The notes beneath the pieces were generated by a model. It was not told the origin of the DNA. It saw only the letters and a list, made by a program, of their open reading frames with translations, and did no database searches. A DNA stretch of 64,000 nt from Haliotis rufescens. Lineage: Eukaryota. This document shows positions 11,891-25,551 of the stretch, piece by piece. The first letter of the stretch is position 1. Each line of letters begins with the position of its first letter. The stretch is taken from assembly GCF_023055435.1 (NCBI RefSeq), contig NW_025964223.1:6138001-6202000 (forward strand), read 5' to 3'. A program made the translations under genes and the position numbers.

Positions 11891-14761
11891 GATTGGTTCT
11901 TCTCTGATGTTTTAGAGTCAGTCTACTTTCTGTTTTTATACTCCATAATACTCAATAATAAATTGGTTAAAGAAGCATTGAACATGTCACACAGTTTGGG
12001 AACGATGAAACTGTAACCATGTCAAGTCCTATTCTGTGGTTCTCTAATCAGGTAAAAGGATCCAGGAACTGAAAAATGACATAAAAATCGTCTTCACCAA
12101 ATTAACATTGAACCCTTTGTTGCATGACACTTAGGGAACAGAAACCTTTCACAGCTAATGCAGACACGAATTCAAAAGCATTCATTGTGACCTTCGTCTG
12201 CCATATATAGTGTCCAGGTGCTACAAGAAGGTCAGACAAACCAACTCATGTCCACTTCTGCAGCTTTCTGCATCATCACATACACAATAGATTAACTGTT
12301 CATTTAATAGCAATCTGTTACTTGGAAAATGCAGAATAGGCAATTCAGTGAAGCTGGGTCGAAATATCCTGATTGATGAAGAGTCCCAATAGGGACTGCT
12401 CTAATGTCGCCCCACAACTGGCTGTGTTTGCTACGTCCCTCAAAGTCAGGCAATGTCTTGCTAATCATTCTCTGCCAACACACAAATCAAAGTGACGAAC
12501 CTGTGGTCTTTTAAATCAAAGAAATGCACTTTGAGTAATCCCTTAATCTGTCTTTAATGAAGATGACTGACAAATTGTCAATGTGAACGCGTACCAAATG
12601 TTGAATGGCAACCTGCAGACATTGATCTGGTTATGTTGAAACAGTTGTGGCACCAGATTTTTGCCAACAAATAGGCAGGACTGAAGAAATGGACACATCA
12701 TGGGCAATATTTGATCTGATTGAATAACAAAAACACTGAAGACAGTTCCCTGTTGACAAGGTTTTCACTGGAAAATACATCTGTGATCATGGGGTCACAG
12801 ATTGATATTGGCTCTTATGACATTATAGACCGTTTCAGGAACATGAAATGCTAAAACAAACATTCAATTTGTGCTTAGTCTGCAGACTTTACAACAGAGT
12901 ACAGGAAACAACTCAGATTTAATGAAACAACTATTGCAAGTTTACTGGGAGCTTGGTGAATTGCATACAAAAACATCCTGGAACATCACGTATTATGATA
13001 CCTTTATCCAAAGAAAGTTTTAGCCTTCCCAGCAAATAAAACTAAAAGCATTAGAATTTTTTTAATCATCTGTCTCACCTCCAATTTCAATCTGAAAATT
13101 TGAGAATCTCTCGAGATTTGTGCTAAGTTTGCACAACAGATCACAAAAATATTGGAAAACAATCCGTCTGTGGTTCACTGATTGATTCTGGTTTAATTTC
13201 ACCGATCCAGCCTAGCAGCCTTCAGCTTCTTTCCTAGTTAGAGATACCTGCAGTCTGTGGGGATATTTACCCCAACAGTCATCACTTACATGTTTGCTCA
13301 CAGAAGTTGCCAAGACATTCATTTGTCTTTCACCACTGAACAGCACAGTTTGACAAGGCAGGTTAGGATATAGTGCACACTTTTTGATTATTGCATGGGG
13401 AATGTTCTGGATATGTGCATCACTAATTTACTCTGCATTAACATAAGTAGGAAATTTAACACCTCTTGCTGGTACCTTGGGAATATATTTCATGCTCAAT
13501 GAAAATTGATGTTTTGAGGGAATTGATATCATATAATCATCAAGCCGCCATGGAGATACACATTATATGACACCTTACAGGGAATCAACATTTACATGCA
13601 ATATGGGGATTCAGAAAGCATGAAATCTCATGGTGATGTAGAAAAACAGCAGTAATGTGGAAGATAGCCAGCTTTGACTCAAACTTACAATGATATATGT
13701 TGAGTACAAAACAACAAGAAGCTGCTTGTTAGTCTATCACACATAGATGATTCTTTGATGGTGATCTTATTTTAAGCTGATACTGTATTGGGAGTGCAAT
13801 GCAATAAAGGTTAATCTCCTAAATCAAATAGAACATGGGTAAAATTATTCATATCTGATCCTCAGCTGAAAATTATTGCAGATAATGTAGAAATATTTTC
13901 ATGATCCATGAACAGATCATGAATTATGGCTTCAAGATGTATGTGGGGGCTGACCACCCAATCCATTGACTTTTTAAACTCATCTTATATATGTGATCAT
14001 GTAAAATCTTGCAAGTGTAAGAAGGACAAAAAGGCCTGTTGTCAGCCATTTGATCATGTTTGACAACTTTCATACCAATATTTCCAAGTTTTCCACAACT
14101 TTACAATTGTACATTTCCAGTGGGTGAAATAGGGCCCTTGTCATCTACACACCAGTATGAATCCATTTTTGCTGAGACAATTATAGAACAGACAAGGACC
14201 ATCTGAAAAGCAGGTACTGCCTAAATGAACTAATATTTTATTCATTAAGCATACTGTAAACAAAATTCACCTCGAGGGTCTTTAGTATGCACTAGAGAAT
14301 CTCTTTTGTCAGATAATTGAAAAAATAAGCAGTCCAAGCTGAAGGGAAAAAAACTAGTTTTCCTCTGAAATCCCATTGACTTATATATAGTCAATAGTTG
14401 CTCAGAGATGACATCTAGTCATGGCATTAATGGCACACTGCATCTAATCTAAAGACAAACATAGAGCTCTATTGGCACATCCTCCATACCCAAAGCCTGA
14501 GTCTGTATGTGCAGGGCCACACTGACAGCAGCCCCGTGATGAATTTCAAACCTGCATGTGTTGGTCACAGCAGTCATATCATGTATAAAAAGCTGCATGT
14601 ATCAGATGTTGTGTCACATGTGTTCACAGTTAACCATATCAACATATTGGCATACATGTGTAGGGAGACTATAATATCATCAAATTCTTGTAACAAGGTA
14701 GCAAACAGAGTCAATACAATCCAATGGACATGCTTGCATTGTGATCATTTTCAGATATATG

Positions 14762-15030
14762 GATGACCTCACTGCTTTCTGTTTTGATTTGTACCATATG
14801 TTTCCATGTTTTTCAGGTGAACACTTTACTTGCCTTTGCATGTGTTTGTGAATGATGCCCCAAATGGTACAGGATACACTCCCCTTTCTACAAACACCTG
14901 ATAACCTCAATATTTTGGTAGTGATTCATAAACACGGACTTGTCAGAATTGTATAACGGACTGCTTTTAGCAGGGATATCTTATGATTGTGGAAGTGATT
15001 TTACCACTTTTATTTATTTTAACAAAAATA
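14762..15030 (+). mobile_element. Naiad-type PLE 3'-UTR fragment (family A)
   Basis: Homologous to the reverse complement of ~1190-1440 (ttgtaccatatg...ttgcctttgcatgtgtttgtg...aaacacctg). Confidence 0.8.
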
Positions 15031-15044
15031 AATGAGTATATCCT

Positions 15045-15760
15045 AACCTCACCAGAGTTGAAAAACAACAAAACAGCTGAGAAACCATATTCAGTGTCCT
15101 ATCTAGATCTGTGCATAGAAATTCAAATTGATGGCAGCCTCTGTAATAAGGTGTATGACAAGAGGGATGATTTCAATTTTCCAATTGTGAATTTCCCTTT
15201 CATGTCAAGCAATATACAATCATACTATCAGCTCTGGCTTATGGTGTCTGTGTTTCTCAGTTGCTTAGGTACTTTAGAGTATGAATATTTTATTCAAACT
15301 TTATGGAAAAACAGCAAAGCTTTTCAACCAAGCTTTCAACATCAAAGACCTGGTTAAGTCATTCCCAACATTTTATGGTACACATTCAGAGGTTATTACT
15401 AAATATGACAAGTCGCTGTTGACGTGATGTGAAATGCTATCCCATAGTATGACCTTTACAGGGAGTTTCCACACTTCCTTAATCAGTGACACTTACTTTC
15501 ATTGATATGTTGGTCGTTGGTAGCAATGCATTGGACCATTGACAGCATGGACCATTGCTCATGATATCAATCACTGGACTCTCCAGACCCAAATGTTTAC
15601 TGGCTGCTGTCATTTGGCTGGAGTATAGCTGAGAGCAAACACTTATTTCTCTAATGCAAATTGTGTAGTGGATGCTACGGGTACAGCAAGACATGCTTAT
15701 TCTTTTCAGGAACACCTGGTGTCATCACTGATTTTCAGTGACCTTTTCATATCATTTCAG
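15045..15760 (+). mobile_element. Naiad-type PLE RT C-terminal fragment plus 3' UTR (family B), with a family-4 SINE fragment inside (~15505-15640)
   Basis: SVSYLDLCIEIQIDGSLCNKVYDKRDDFNFPIVNFPFMSSNI, then AYGVCVSQLLRY in a shifted frame. The 3' motif ggatgct...aacacctggtgtcatcactgattttcagtga lies at 15660-15741. Confidence 0.8.
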
Positions 15761-16558
15761 AACTATACTGCCTTTTTTAATCTGTCTCAGCAGATAGTGG
15801 AGAGGCACTTCAGAGCTTGGTGTTTAAATATGTTTCCTAATGTTCTTGTTCTAGGTCAGTTTGGACAAAGGTCAGGTTTGGACAAAGTGCAATTAAAAAA
15901 TAGTGTCTAAAATCACTATTTCAGGAAGATCCCAAAATGAAATGAAACCTCAATGGAGAAAGTGATAGACTTGTGAGATTTACAGCGATACATTTAGTCA
16001 TATCCAGCTCAATAGTACACAGATGTAGAGTGTAGTAAACTAGTACCACATTCCCCTCAAAACATCTCTTATCTAGATGTGAGACACCAGTACACAATAT
16101 TGATATCAAATATTCCACCACTTATTCTAATTATTTCATGATCATGGCAAACACTAGCTTAAAAGCAAGACACATGGAAGCGCTTTCCCATATATATTGG
16201 TATTGATTTCTTCAGAAAAAAATAACAGTAAGGAGACAATGGAAGTAGTCAAGACAATCAAAGAGACAACAGAGCCTTTAATCATCAAAGGTAGGGTTCT
16301 GGCATAAAAAGACAAAGTGGAGATAAATGAATGTTTTCCGTGCTTCCAGTTATCAAGTTCAGGACATTTATCATGGGACCTGTCAGCAGTCTCACCTGCC
16401 CTGCCCTAGGAATCAGCACCGCCGATTCCTCCCAATAGAATGCTGTTTTCCTCACACCTGGTCATTAGATCTGTTACACAACCTCATGATTGATATGGAC
16501 AGGACATGAAAATACTTTGGAAGAGATTTTGCAAGGAATAAGGCTAAAGACACCAGAG

Positions 16559-16722
16559 TGAGTGAGTGAGTAGGTTTTACGCCACTTTTAGCAATATTCC
16601 AGCAATATCATGGCGGTGGACACCAGAAATGGGTTTCGTACATTGTACCCATGTCAGGAATCGAGCCCGGGCTTACGGCGTGATGAGCGAATGCTTTAAC
16701 CTCTAGGCTACCCGACCACCCC
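16559..16722 (-). mobile_element. Short tRNA(Asp)-like SINE family 3, full length
   Basis: Head ggggtggtcgggtagcctagaggttaaagc...tcacgcc...cgggctcgattcc, (GAGT)n tail, TSD aaagacaccagag / aaagataccagag. Confidence 0.9.
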
Positions 16723-16931
16723 AAAGATACCAGAGAAAGCTGCTCTTGAATATTCTCTAATGATTGAGGCTGAGATAAATAACTTAATGAGTTACAAGCA
16801 AGCAACAACATTTTACCTGATATATCATATCAACTTACTCTGAAAAGCTACAAAACCATTTCAATAATCATAAGAAATTCTGCTGAAAGCAAAAGAGTGT
16901 CACAACTCCAATACTATACTCACAAAGAGCC

Positions 16932-17120
16932 TACCCATGACGATAGAATAGGGTAGAATAGGTCCTTCAGCAACCCATGCTTGACTTTAGAGGCGACTAT
17001 GCCTGTAAAAGGTGACTAATGGGATCGGGTGGTCATGTTGACTTGGTTGATGCATGTCATCGTGTCCAAATTGCATTGATCAATGCTCATGATGGCGATC
17101 ATTGGATTGTCTGGTCCAGG
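16932..17120 (+). mobile_element. SINE-like family 4, 3'-truncated
   Basis: gggtagaataggtccttcagcaacccatgcttg...gactaatgggatcgggtggtc...ggattgtctggtccag. Confidence 0.8.
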
Positions 17121-18879
17121 CATGTTTTTTTTAGGGAAAGACACTCTGAGGTATGCTAATAGGGGATTTGTTGTGGAGAAATAGATAGTAGCTACTGGTT
17201 AGCCTAAAAATGATCTCTTATATGGTTTTAGCCAACAGATCTATCTGCAAGAATATTATTAGATCCATTCAGAAATAATTGAATGTATGGGTTGAAACTA
17301 ATTTCATGTATACTCAAGCCAATCTCAGAAAGAGCTACTAGTGACTAATCTGTTAAAATCATTGTATAATTCCTGATTCAGACCTGCTAATAGAGAAAAT
17401 ATCCTAACAATATTTCCAACCATTCTTATTTAAAGAAACAAATGATTTATGTGATGGTGAATTTTCCTATCTTCTGAAGTCTTATAAAGCAAGATGAACC
17501 AGGATACGTAGAAAGTAGCTTCACATGAAAGTTCCCTGCTAGAAAGTTGGATGTGAGTGATGACACTGGGTTGCCTAAATGTTATCTGAGACATGCAACA
17601 CAGGCCAGCAGAGCTACGATTAAAGACCTTGTGCTTCTCTTGAAGGATAGAAAATAGAAAAAGCTCCATGGTGGTTCACAATTTCTCTTTAATCTCTGCT
17701 TTTTATCACAAAAACTAACAGCTAGGGTAATTTCCAGCAAGAGAATGGGCTTTGTCTTCTGCATGCAGGTCAATGTCCCAGAAAAAGATCCTGTGGACTC
17801 TCTGGAGAAGTGAAAGTGCAGAAAAAAAATGTCGATCTGTTTGAATCACGACCACCAAGACTGTATTTTACCGTGGAGTCAAGACCTATGGCAACATTTT
17901 AAGCTTATATATAGAATCTTTACATTATAACTTTACTGGCTTTCTTTTGCAGTTTTCTAAGGATGATTTTAAAGCTTGCATTTTCATCTTCTTATCTTAA
18001 TGTGTCTGCTTTTGTATCTTGATGAACCCATGAAGTGTGTCTGATACTTAACTGAATGGTTGACTGAAAAACTGAAACAGGTACTATTTCTTAGACATTA
18101 AAAACATTAAATTTATGAACAGTTGAAACTGATCGATAAAATGACAGACTAACTGAAAATAAACCATGGGACTTATAATGCACTTCCAAACATATAAATT
18201 CAATTATTACCTATCACATTCATTTTCATTGCTGCTCACATTAGCCTCAAAATCAAAATCAAAACAAATGTTAACTGCAACTGACAAACTAATATGGACA
18301 ATCAAAGTGCATTCAGTGTGCTTCCTTACACATAGTCAATAATCACCTATCACTTCTTTGCTTTAATGCCCCAAAACCAAACAAACAAAAACCACAAAGA
18401 AATGTGAGTCATTTCCTTGCCACCCACTTTTCTCCCTTCTCTCACCAGGAACTGCTACCCAGCATTCCTGCCCTTCGTGGTGTCCATCAATCACCCTGGC
18501 AGCCTGCAGCCAATGCTACTCTAGTTCTAGCAAGGCTATACCATGCTTAGATAACTAGGCTCCTCCACTCACTAGTCTCACCCAGTGCCATCATATATTA
18601 TGCTTTAATTGGATCATTAAGTAAATCAATCTCATCTGGCTTTCAATTTCCTTGCTAATGGTCGGTACCTGTTTTCTTCCAAGTAGTGTGTATTGCCAGG
18701 TGATATAATTATTTATACACCCTTGTCCCTATGAAATCAGGAAGCTTTCCATTAGATTATGTCAGATTTTGTTTTTCTTTGATTTACAGATTTTCCCGAA
18801 ATTTCGACTTCAGTTGAAAAGAGAAAGAGGAGCATTGCTGGGTGTCATCTGCAGGCAAGAAACACAGACTGTTTACTGT

Positions 18880-19030
18880 AAACTGTACGAGTGGTGGGTG
18901 CTATAGGTAGAGCAGGACATGCTTACCATTTTTGCCAAAACCGGATTTTCAGTGATCCATTCATATAATTTTCATCACTATTTTGCCTTTTACACCCAAT
19001 GGAATTTGTTTAGGCAGATAATCAAGAATG
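18880..19030 (+). mobile_element. Naiad-type PLE 3'-UTR fragment (family B)
   Basis: gggtgctataggtagagcaggacatgcttacc motif; downstream sequence homologous to 11820-11890. Confidence 0.65.
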
Positions 19031-20056
19031 TTCCTGAAGCTAGCTTCATGGATCTTGCAGTTTAACATATTGTGTGGAAATCTTTGAAAATGGAAAATAT
19101 CTAAGATTGCACTTGGTGGAATAAAACAAAGTTTCCAAAAAAACAATTTTGAAAGCAAGTACATACATATATGGAAAGTCAAGTAAAGTGTATATCACTT
19201 ACATTTCTAACCTTTAAAAGTTGATAATCTTAGCACTAAAGCACAAATTAAGAAAGAGCAAGCATGTTACATGACACAATCTCTGGTGGAAGGAACTCAA
19301 AAGAGTCATCTCACATGTAGCAGATATGATATAACATACTGAAGATAACATATTTCCCCAAAATCAGTGTTTAAGGGAAATCGGTAGACGTAGGATAGAA
19401 TTCCACAAAAACATACTACAATGATTACATCAGTGGTGATGTGCACTCCTTTGAGAGTTTCAATTACCAGTGCCTGGTTTTGACTGTCTGCCATGTTTCC
19501 AATATAACCATGTTCAATGTATGAGAACTCTTCTCCCGTGTGACTTCATACAGCAGTACTGAATGGTAAAACCTATTTAGCAAGCGAGGGTAGAACACTC
19601 AAATCCCCAAATGAATCATAATTTGGGTCTCCAAGGATAAAGAGTTATTTCAAGGAGATTACACAGACTGGCTTATACACACCAGTGTTCAAGAAGCAAA
19701 CGATAATCCACCCTGTCTGGATTAAGAGTGATACCTTTTATCAAACTATCACAATTGTTTGCCTTATGATAGTACTATATTGATGGGAATTTTAAAATGC
19801 CAACAGTACAGTTGATGGTTTGATTAAACATTTTCAATAGCTACAATTAGTTATAAATAATATGTATATATTATGCCAGTTTCAAACTTGCCTGTGTGTT
19901 GGTTAGCAAGGATAACAACAACACCAGATAGAGATACTTTCCTTTGGTATGAGCAGCGATAAGGGAGAAAATGGCCGTTTTTGTGATTGTCAGCAATACT
20001 TTATTCATTTCTATTACATCAATTCCTATAATTATCAAGCTTTAAAGTTTACTACT

Positions 20057-21066
20057 ATCGCAATACCATTGCAATAGTGTGGGTCCTATTGCAAAACCCT
20101 CGCAATAGCGTGGGGTACTATTGCAATCATTTGCAATAGAGTGGGGTACTATTGCAATACACTCGCAATAGTGTGGGTCCTATTGCAATACACTTGCAAT
20201 AGTGTGGGGTACTATTGCAAACCACTTGCAATAGTGTGGGGTACTATTGCAATGCACTCGCAATAGTGTGGGGTACTATTGCAATACACTCGCAATAGTG
20301 TGGGGTACTATTGCAATACACTCGCAATAGTGTGGGGTACTATTGCAATACATTTGCAATAGTGTGGGTTACTATTGCAGTACACTCGCAATAGTGTGGG
20401 GTACTATTGCAATACCCTTGCAATAGTATGGGGTACTAGTGCAATACACTCACAATAGTGTGGGGTACTATTGCAAACCACTTGCAATAGTGTGGGGTAC
20501 TATTGCAATGCACTCGCAATAGTGTGGGGTACTATTGCAATACCCTCGCAATAGTGTGGGGTACTATTGCAATACACTCGCAATAGTGTGGGGTACTATT
20601 GCAAACCACTTGCAATAGTGTGGGGTACTATTGCAATGCACTCGCAATAGTGTGGGGTACTATTGCAATACCCTCGCAATAGTGTGGGGTACTATTGCAA
20701 TACACTCGCAATAGTGTGGGGTACTATTGCAATACATTTGCAATAGTGTGGGTTACTATTGCAATACAATCCAAATAGTGTGGGGTACTATTGCAATACC
20801 CTCGCAATAGTGTGGGGTACTATTGCAATACACTCACAATAGTGTGGGGTACTATTGCAATACCCTCGCAATAGTATGGGGTACTAGTGCAATACACTCA
20901 CAATAGTGTGGGGTACTATTGTAATACCCTCGCAATAGTGTGGGGTACTATTGCAATACACTCGCAATAGTGTGGGGTACTATTGTAACACACTCGCAAT
21001 AGTGTGGGGTACTATTGTAACACACTCGCAATAGTGTGGGGTACTATTGTAATACCCTCGCAATAG
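20057..21066. repeat. 32-bp palindromic minisatellite, ~31 copies
   Basis: Unit gcaatagt-gtggggt-actattgc-aatacactc, containing an 8-bp inverted repeat around a G-rich loop. Confidence 0.95.
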
Positions 21067-21126
21067 CAAAATAGTCCCAACAGTCCCCATCCTAGTCAGG
21101 GTACAATGACATCCAGTCAGCAAGGC

Positions 21127-21359
21127 ACAGGTGTAAAGTTGCTACTTTCTGGTGGTCCCTCATCACACTCACTACTACTGAAGCCCACAACATGGTAATT
21201 TATTATTTAAGTTTGTGCAGGGACAAAATGACGCTAGCCATATCGTCATGTATTATTACCCACTTAGTCATGTTTGTACTTCTTTATCCAGTCTATTATA
21301 CACAGGTGAAAGTTGCTACTTTCTGGTAGCCCCTCATCACACTCACAACTACTGTAGCC
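21127..21359. repeat. Local direct duplication of ~59 bp (21127-21185 / 21301-21359)
   Basis: cacaggtg(t)aaagttgctactttctggt...cctcatcacactcac(t/a)actactg(a/t)agcc occurs twice. Confidence 0.85.
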
Positions 21360-22297
21360 TTAGTGTTGTTGACAATATTAATTACAAGCATTTAACAAGG
21401 ACTTGCCTCGCCTCTATCATCCTAAGGTCTGTATGACTCTAAACCAAATATATCAGGAGTGAACTGAAAACTTTGGGATCCAAATGACAGCCACTGGGCA
21501 CAATAATTCATTTGGACAATAGTATTGGAAGTGCAGTTAACATTATTAATAACTCTGAAACCAGCAAATATTGATCCAATTTACTTCAGTTACAGAATGC
21601 ATGGCTGTATGTTTTTTCTAATGCGCTATCTAAAATTGTATTTTGTATGCATATGTTAGCTTTAGAATATTGTCATTAGGTCCCACTTGATAGGGAAACG
21701 TTTGAAGGTTTTCAGCTACAGTATTCAAATGAAAAACAGCAAAATCATGATTTTTCAAGGAAACTCATCATTCTTGATGAATCCCTTCTTGCTGCCAAAT
21801 TGTTTTTAGAAAATTTGTATGAATGTGTTTTTTTCATAAATGCATGCATGATAGCTGTCACAGCTTATCAAAGCCTTCTCATGTACATTGAATTTGGAAA
21901 ACAAGTAGTCAGGCTCTATGAGTTTAGGGTAGTAATATCCTAGCACGTTGTGGTCAGAGAAAAGTACCGCATGCATAAGTGATTACTTTCTCCTGGTCTG
22001 TGGCAGGGAGTGATACGGGAAAAAATAATGTTAATGCCAATGTTGAGTTTGTTTTTTTCAATTCCAGAATGGAACACTGAAAGGTTTAACAGATCAAAGG
22101 CAATGAGAAGCAGCAGGCTGTATGTAGCTGGCTGAGAGGAACATATTATATACGGGTTCTTTCTCGATGTTAGATGTAACCTGTTGCTTTTAGTGAAATA
22201 ACACATGGTGACAAAAGAATTGTAGCTCAGCTGGTTTACACACAGACACACAAACACAGGCAGACAGACAGACAGACATTATCTTGAAATGAATTAT

Positions 22298-22390
22298 GTA
22301 CTGGGGACCTATTCTACATCAGCATCCCCGCAGGGTAACACTAATGGGGTACTGAGGATCTAGCTATTCATCTAACCAAACCTCAGAGAA
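22298..22390 (-). mobile_element. Two isolated 5'-head fragments related to SINE family 4
   Basis: Minus strand ccctgcggggatgctgatgtagaataggtccccagtac and ctgaggtttggttaga...gatcctcagtacccc resemble the family-4 head with different stem bases. Confidence 0.5.
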
Positions 22391-25300
22391 GCCACTGGAA
22401 TAACACGGGAATAACATCTAAGATGTTATCAAGACAGAATCTCATCATTCCAGCAAAACTGATACACAGCAACTACAAAACTTACTTCATTCAAATTCTT
22501 GTCAGAAATGCCACGTCTGTAAATTTTTAAGAAGGCAAATAAAATGTATCTTTCAGCTCAAAGAGCTGATTCAAATTAAGAAGCTTTCACTCAAATATCC
22601 TGATAATGTAATTACAGACATTGATGCTATATCATCAAGTGTGGAACATAAATTTTTCATATGATTATTAGAATTATTGAAATCTCCATGCATTTAACCA
22701 TTATTTGTTTTAAAAAAACACACACTTTCTGCTATAAAGACCCAAAATATAATACATTATACTCATATTCACAGGTCTCTTAAAAGCCCAGTAAAGAAAA
22801 TGTTTAAGCAACAGGAAAATGCAATATGATCTATTGTTTTCATTTCTATCAATTATCAATTCAGTAAATGAGAATGGAGTTTTATCTTACTTAACATGTA
22901 CAATGGGAGCTCAGCCAAACCCAAGCTCATTACTGAAATGAAAAGCTGTAGTTTATGATCCATACAGTAAATCACCAGTTGTTGGTAATTTCCCTAAAAA
23001 ACATAATTTCCTTTCCAAACTCGGTTGAATAAGGATGCATTGATTGGCCTCATGAAGTTTTCAAACCTTATAGCGATATACAAAAATTGTTCACATTTAT
23101 TTTGAAGAGATATTAACGCCTTGTAGGAAGATTGATACTCTAAAGCCATGCATTATCTCAAACTCAATTTTTTAGCTATGTTATTGATCATACGAAGCTA
23201 TTTAATACCTTAATAAATCATAGTAAATGGCTATTTTGGAGCTAAAAAATCAAGTCATTCTGCTACAATTGTTTCTCATCTGCAAATGCCATTGTAGGGA
23301 GATGAATCCCTTCTGTTATAAATCACAAAGGAGACACTGTAAATTGTTCAACTTCCCAATGACCAATTAACATGGTAATTGTAAGTGTTGGACCTCGACA
23401 TCCCAGACATATATGTTGAACTAATATACAAAGTTATATTATTTTCCTCACAACTATATTTAACACCAAGTCGATTGCGATTTTCTTTGCAAAGGAAGAT
23501 GCCATCCCTAGGGCTTTCTAGCAATCTTGTGGTTCATTGCTCCCTTTTGCAATAAATGAAGACTGATTATGGGGAGGCATTCTGATCAAACATTTGACCC
23601 AAATTCCGGTCAATCTTATTCTGCAAACAAAACTCTCCTGGGTCAAGCCTAGTGTAAAAATTAACCCTGTAGCTCCCCAAGTCTCCTCTTGTCCATGTTC
23701 TTTCTTCTGATTGATTAACAACCGAAACTTGGGAGGAACATGGGTATAAGCTCACCCTCCCACTATTCAGAAGATGCCCTTATTTAGATGTCTTTTTTAG
23801 ACTTGAGGAAACTGCTGTCAATTTCCTGAGTGTTGATGTTGATGGGCCATAAAGGATTTCACAAAACCGCTTCTGGGACTATTATCTCCCATGTGTAAGT
23901 GTTATACTTTCATATTCTATCCAATTCTTTGTATCCTATCAAGCATTGGCACTGTTGGCATTGTGAAGAATTAACTTGGGTTGCCCATTCCTCAAGCATC
24001 TGCCACCTCCTAATGATTAATATTTGCTCTACCACATTCCTTGAGTGGTTAAAGGGATATCGGTTTTACCTCAGATTGATTGTGATATCACATACAAAGA
24101 GATTCTGCATCATGGGTGTTCTTCTCTGATTATTTAGGTCCCTTTAGGAGAAGAATGATGGAAGCCAATGCTAATACCAAAGTTATACATTTTAAATTGT
24201 TGATTTATTAGCTTTCCCTGGCAGGTCTGCAGTACAAGATAATATGGATTATTCTACTTCATAATTAATGTGACCATGTGCACAACACTTAAGTCATCAG
24301 ACTTGTTTTACCTGTAGGAAATCTTTCTTAGCAGAAAATACAATATCTAGAACATATAATTGTTAATGAATCAGGTGATGAAGGTGCAAGAAATAGCTCT
24401 GAAAACGTCGTATAAAGAATAAAAGAAGTTGCTAGCCATACAAAAGTGTCATGTATTAATGTTCTCCCAACAAAATACCTATCAAAGACTTCATATAATT
24501 ATTCATTATCAAAATATGTCTGGTCTTGTAACAGCGTTGTACATTTGTTAATGGACCTAGCCCATAGATGAACTCTGTCACATCGTTAATGGGATAATGG
24601 TAATTGTTCTTCAAGTGTGGGTAAAAAAAGAAGTCCTTGCAAGTTGGATTAAAGTCTGGATACTCAAATGTTATGTTGTATATGAATCTGGCAGTTACGA
24701 TTACTCTGTTACATTGCAACAAGTTCAGATTCACAGGACACTGATCACAACATGAAGACCTTCACATGACGTAGGCAGCAGCTAGACCCTCGATCACAGT
24801 CCCCCTTTAAAAAGTACCTGGTGTCAAACAATGGGTGGGCTCTATTTCCAGGACTAATTGCATACTTGTTACCCGACAACATGTATCAGTGCTTCTACAA
24901 CTATTATCATCTCACCAGTTCTGCGGCTTTTGTCTTGAGATAGTATTTTTTACTTTACAAGACATTCACAAAGTGACAATTCTTGCTAAAAGGAAATGAA
25001 CCATTAGCTACTTAATTTTATTTCTCTATCGGTTGCTAAGTCACTGATTCATTCACCCATTGCTCAGCAAATGAAGCATCACAAAAGTAAGATGGCGGTC
25101 CACTGAACTTCCTCATTGCACTCATTACCCCACCTGTGTACGTACCTTTGCTCTGTTGTAATTAGGGCATCTCTCTGCACCATTACCATGGTAATTGTAA
25201 CAACTGCACAACAACAGGTGACAGTTTCAATTTCCCAAAAGAATGTAGATTATTGATTTCAAGCCCAAACGGCTGCTAAATGAAGAGAACAATCCAATTC

Positions 25301-25551
25301 ATTATGCAAGCTACGGGGAAATAACCATCAGCCTCTAACTCAACCATCACTTGTGAGTTAAGGGTAAAGCCACTTTTATGTTTGTCCATTTGGTCAAAAA
25401 ATACAAACTTGAAATAAAAGACAAACACATGCAGTAATAGTCACATGTTACATATAAAGTATTAAATGTTACTCATAAAGGTCAAAATATGAAACAAAAA
25501 CATGCCGGATAAAAAATACGAAGTTAAAAAAAGGTCAAAAGTATGTAATAT

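Noticed and set aside
13290-13336. Small minus-strand exon reading GEKTNECLGNFCEQT (EGF-like)
   Set aside because: The acceptor is weak, the phase does not match the upstream signal-peptide exon, and the EGF pattern is incomplete; likely chance.
20057-21066. CRISPR array
   Set aside because: The palindromic repeat is CRISPR-like, but the 'spacers' are 9-nt variants of one sequence, there are no cas genes, and the context is eukaryotic.
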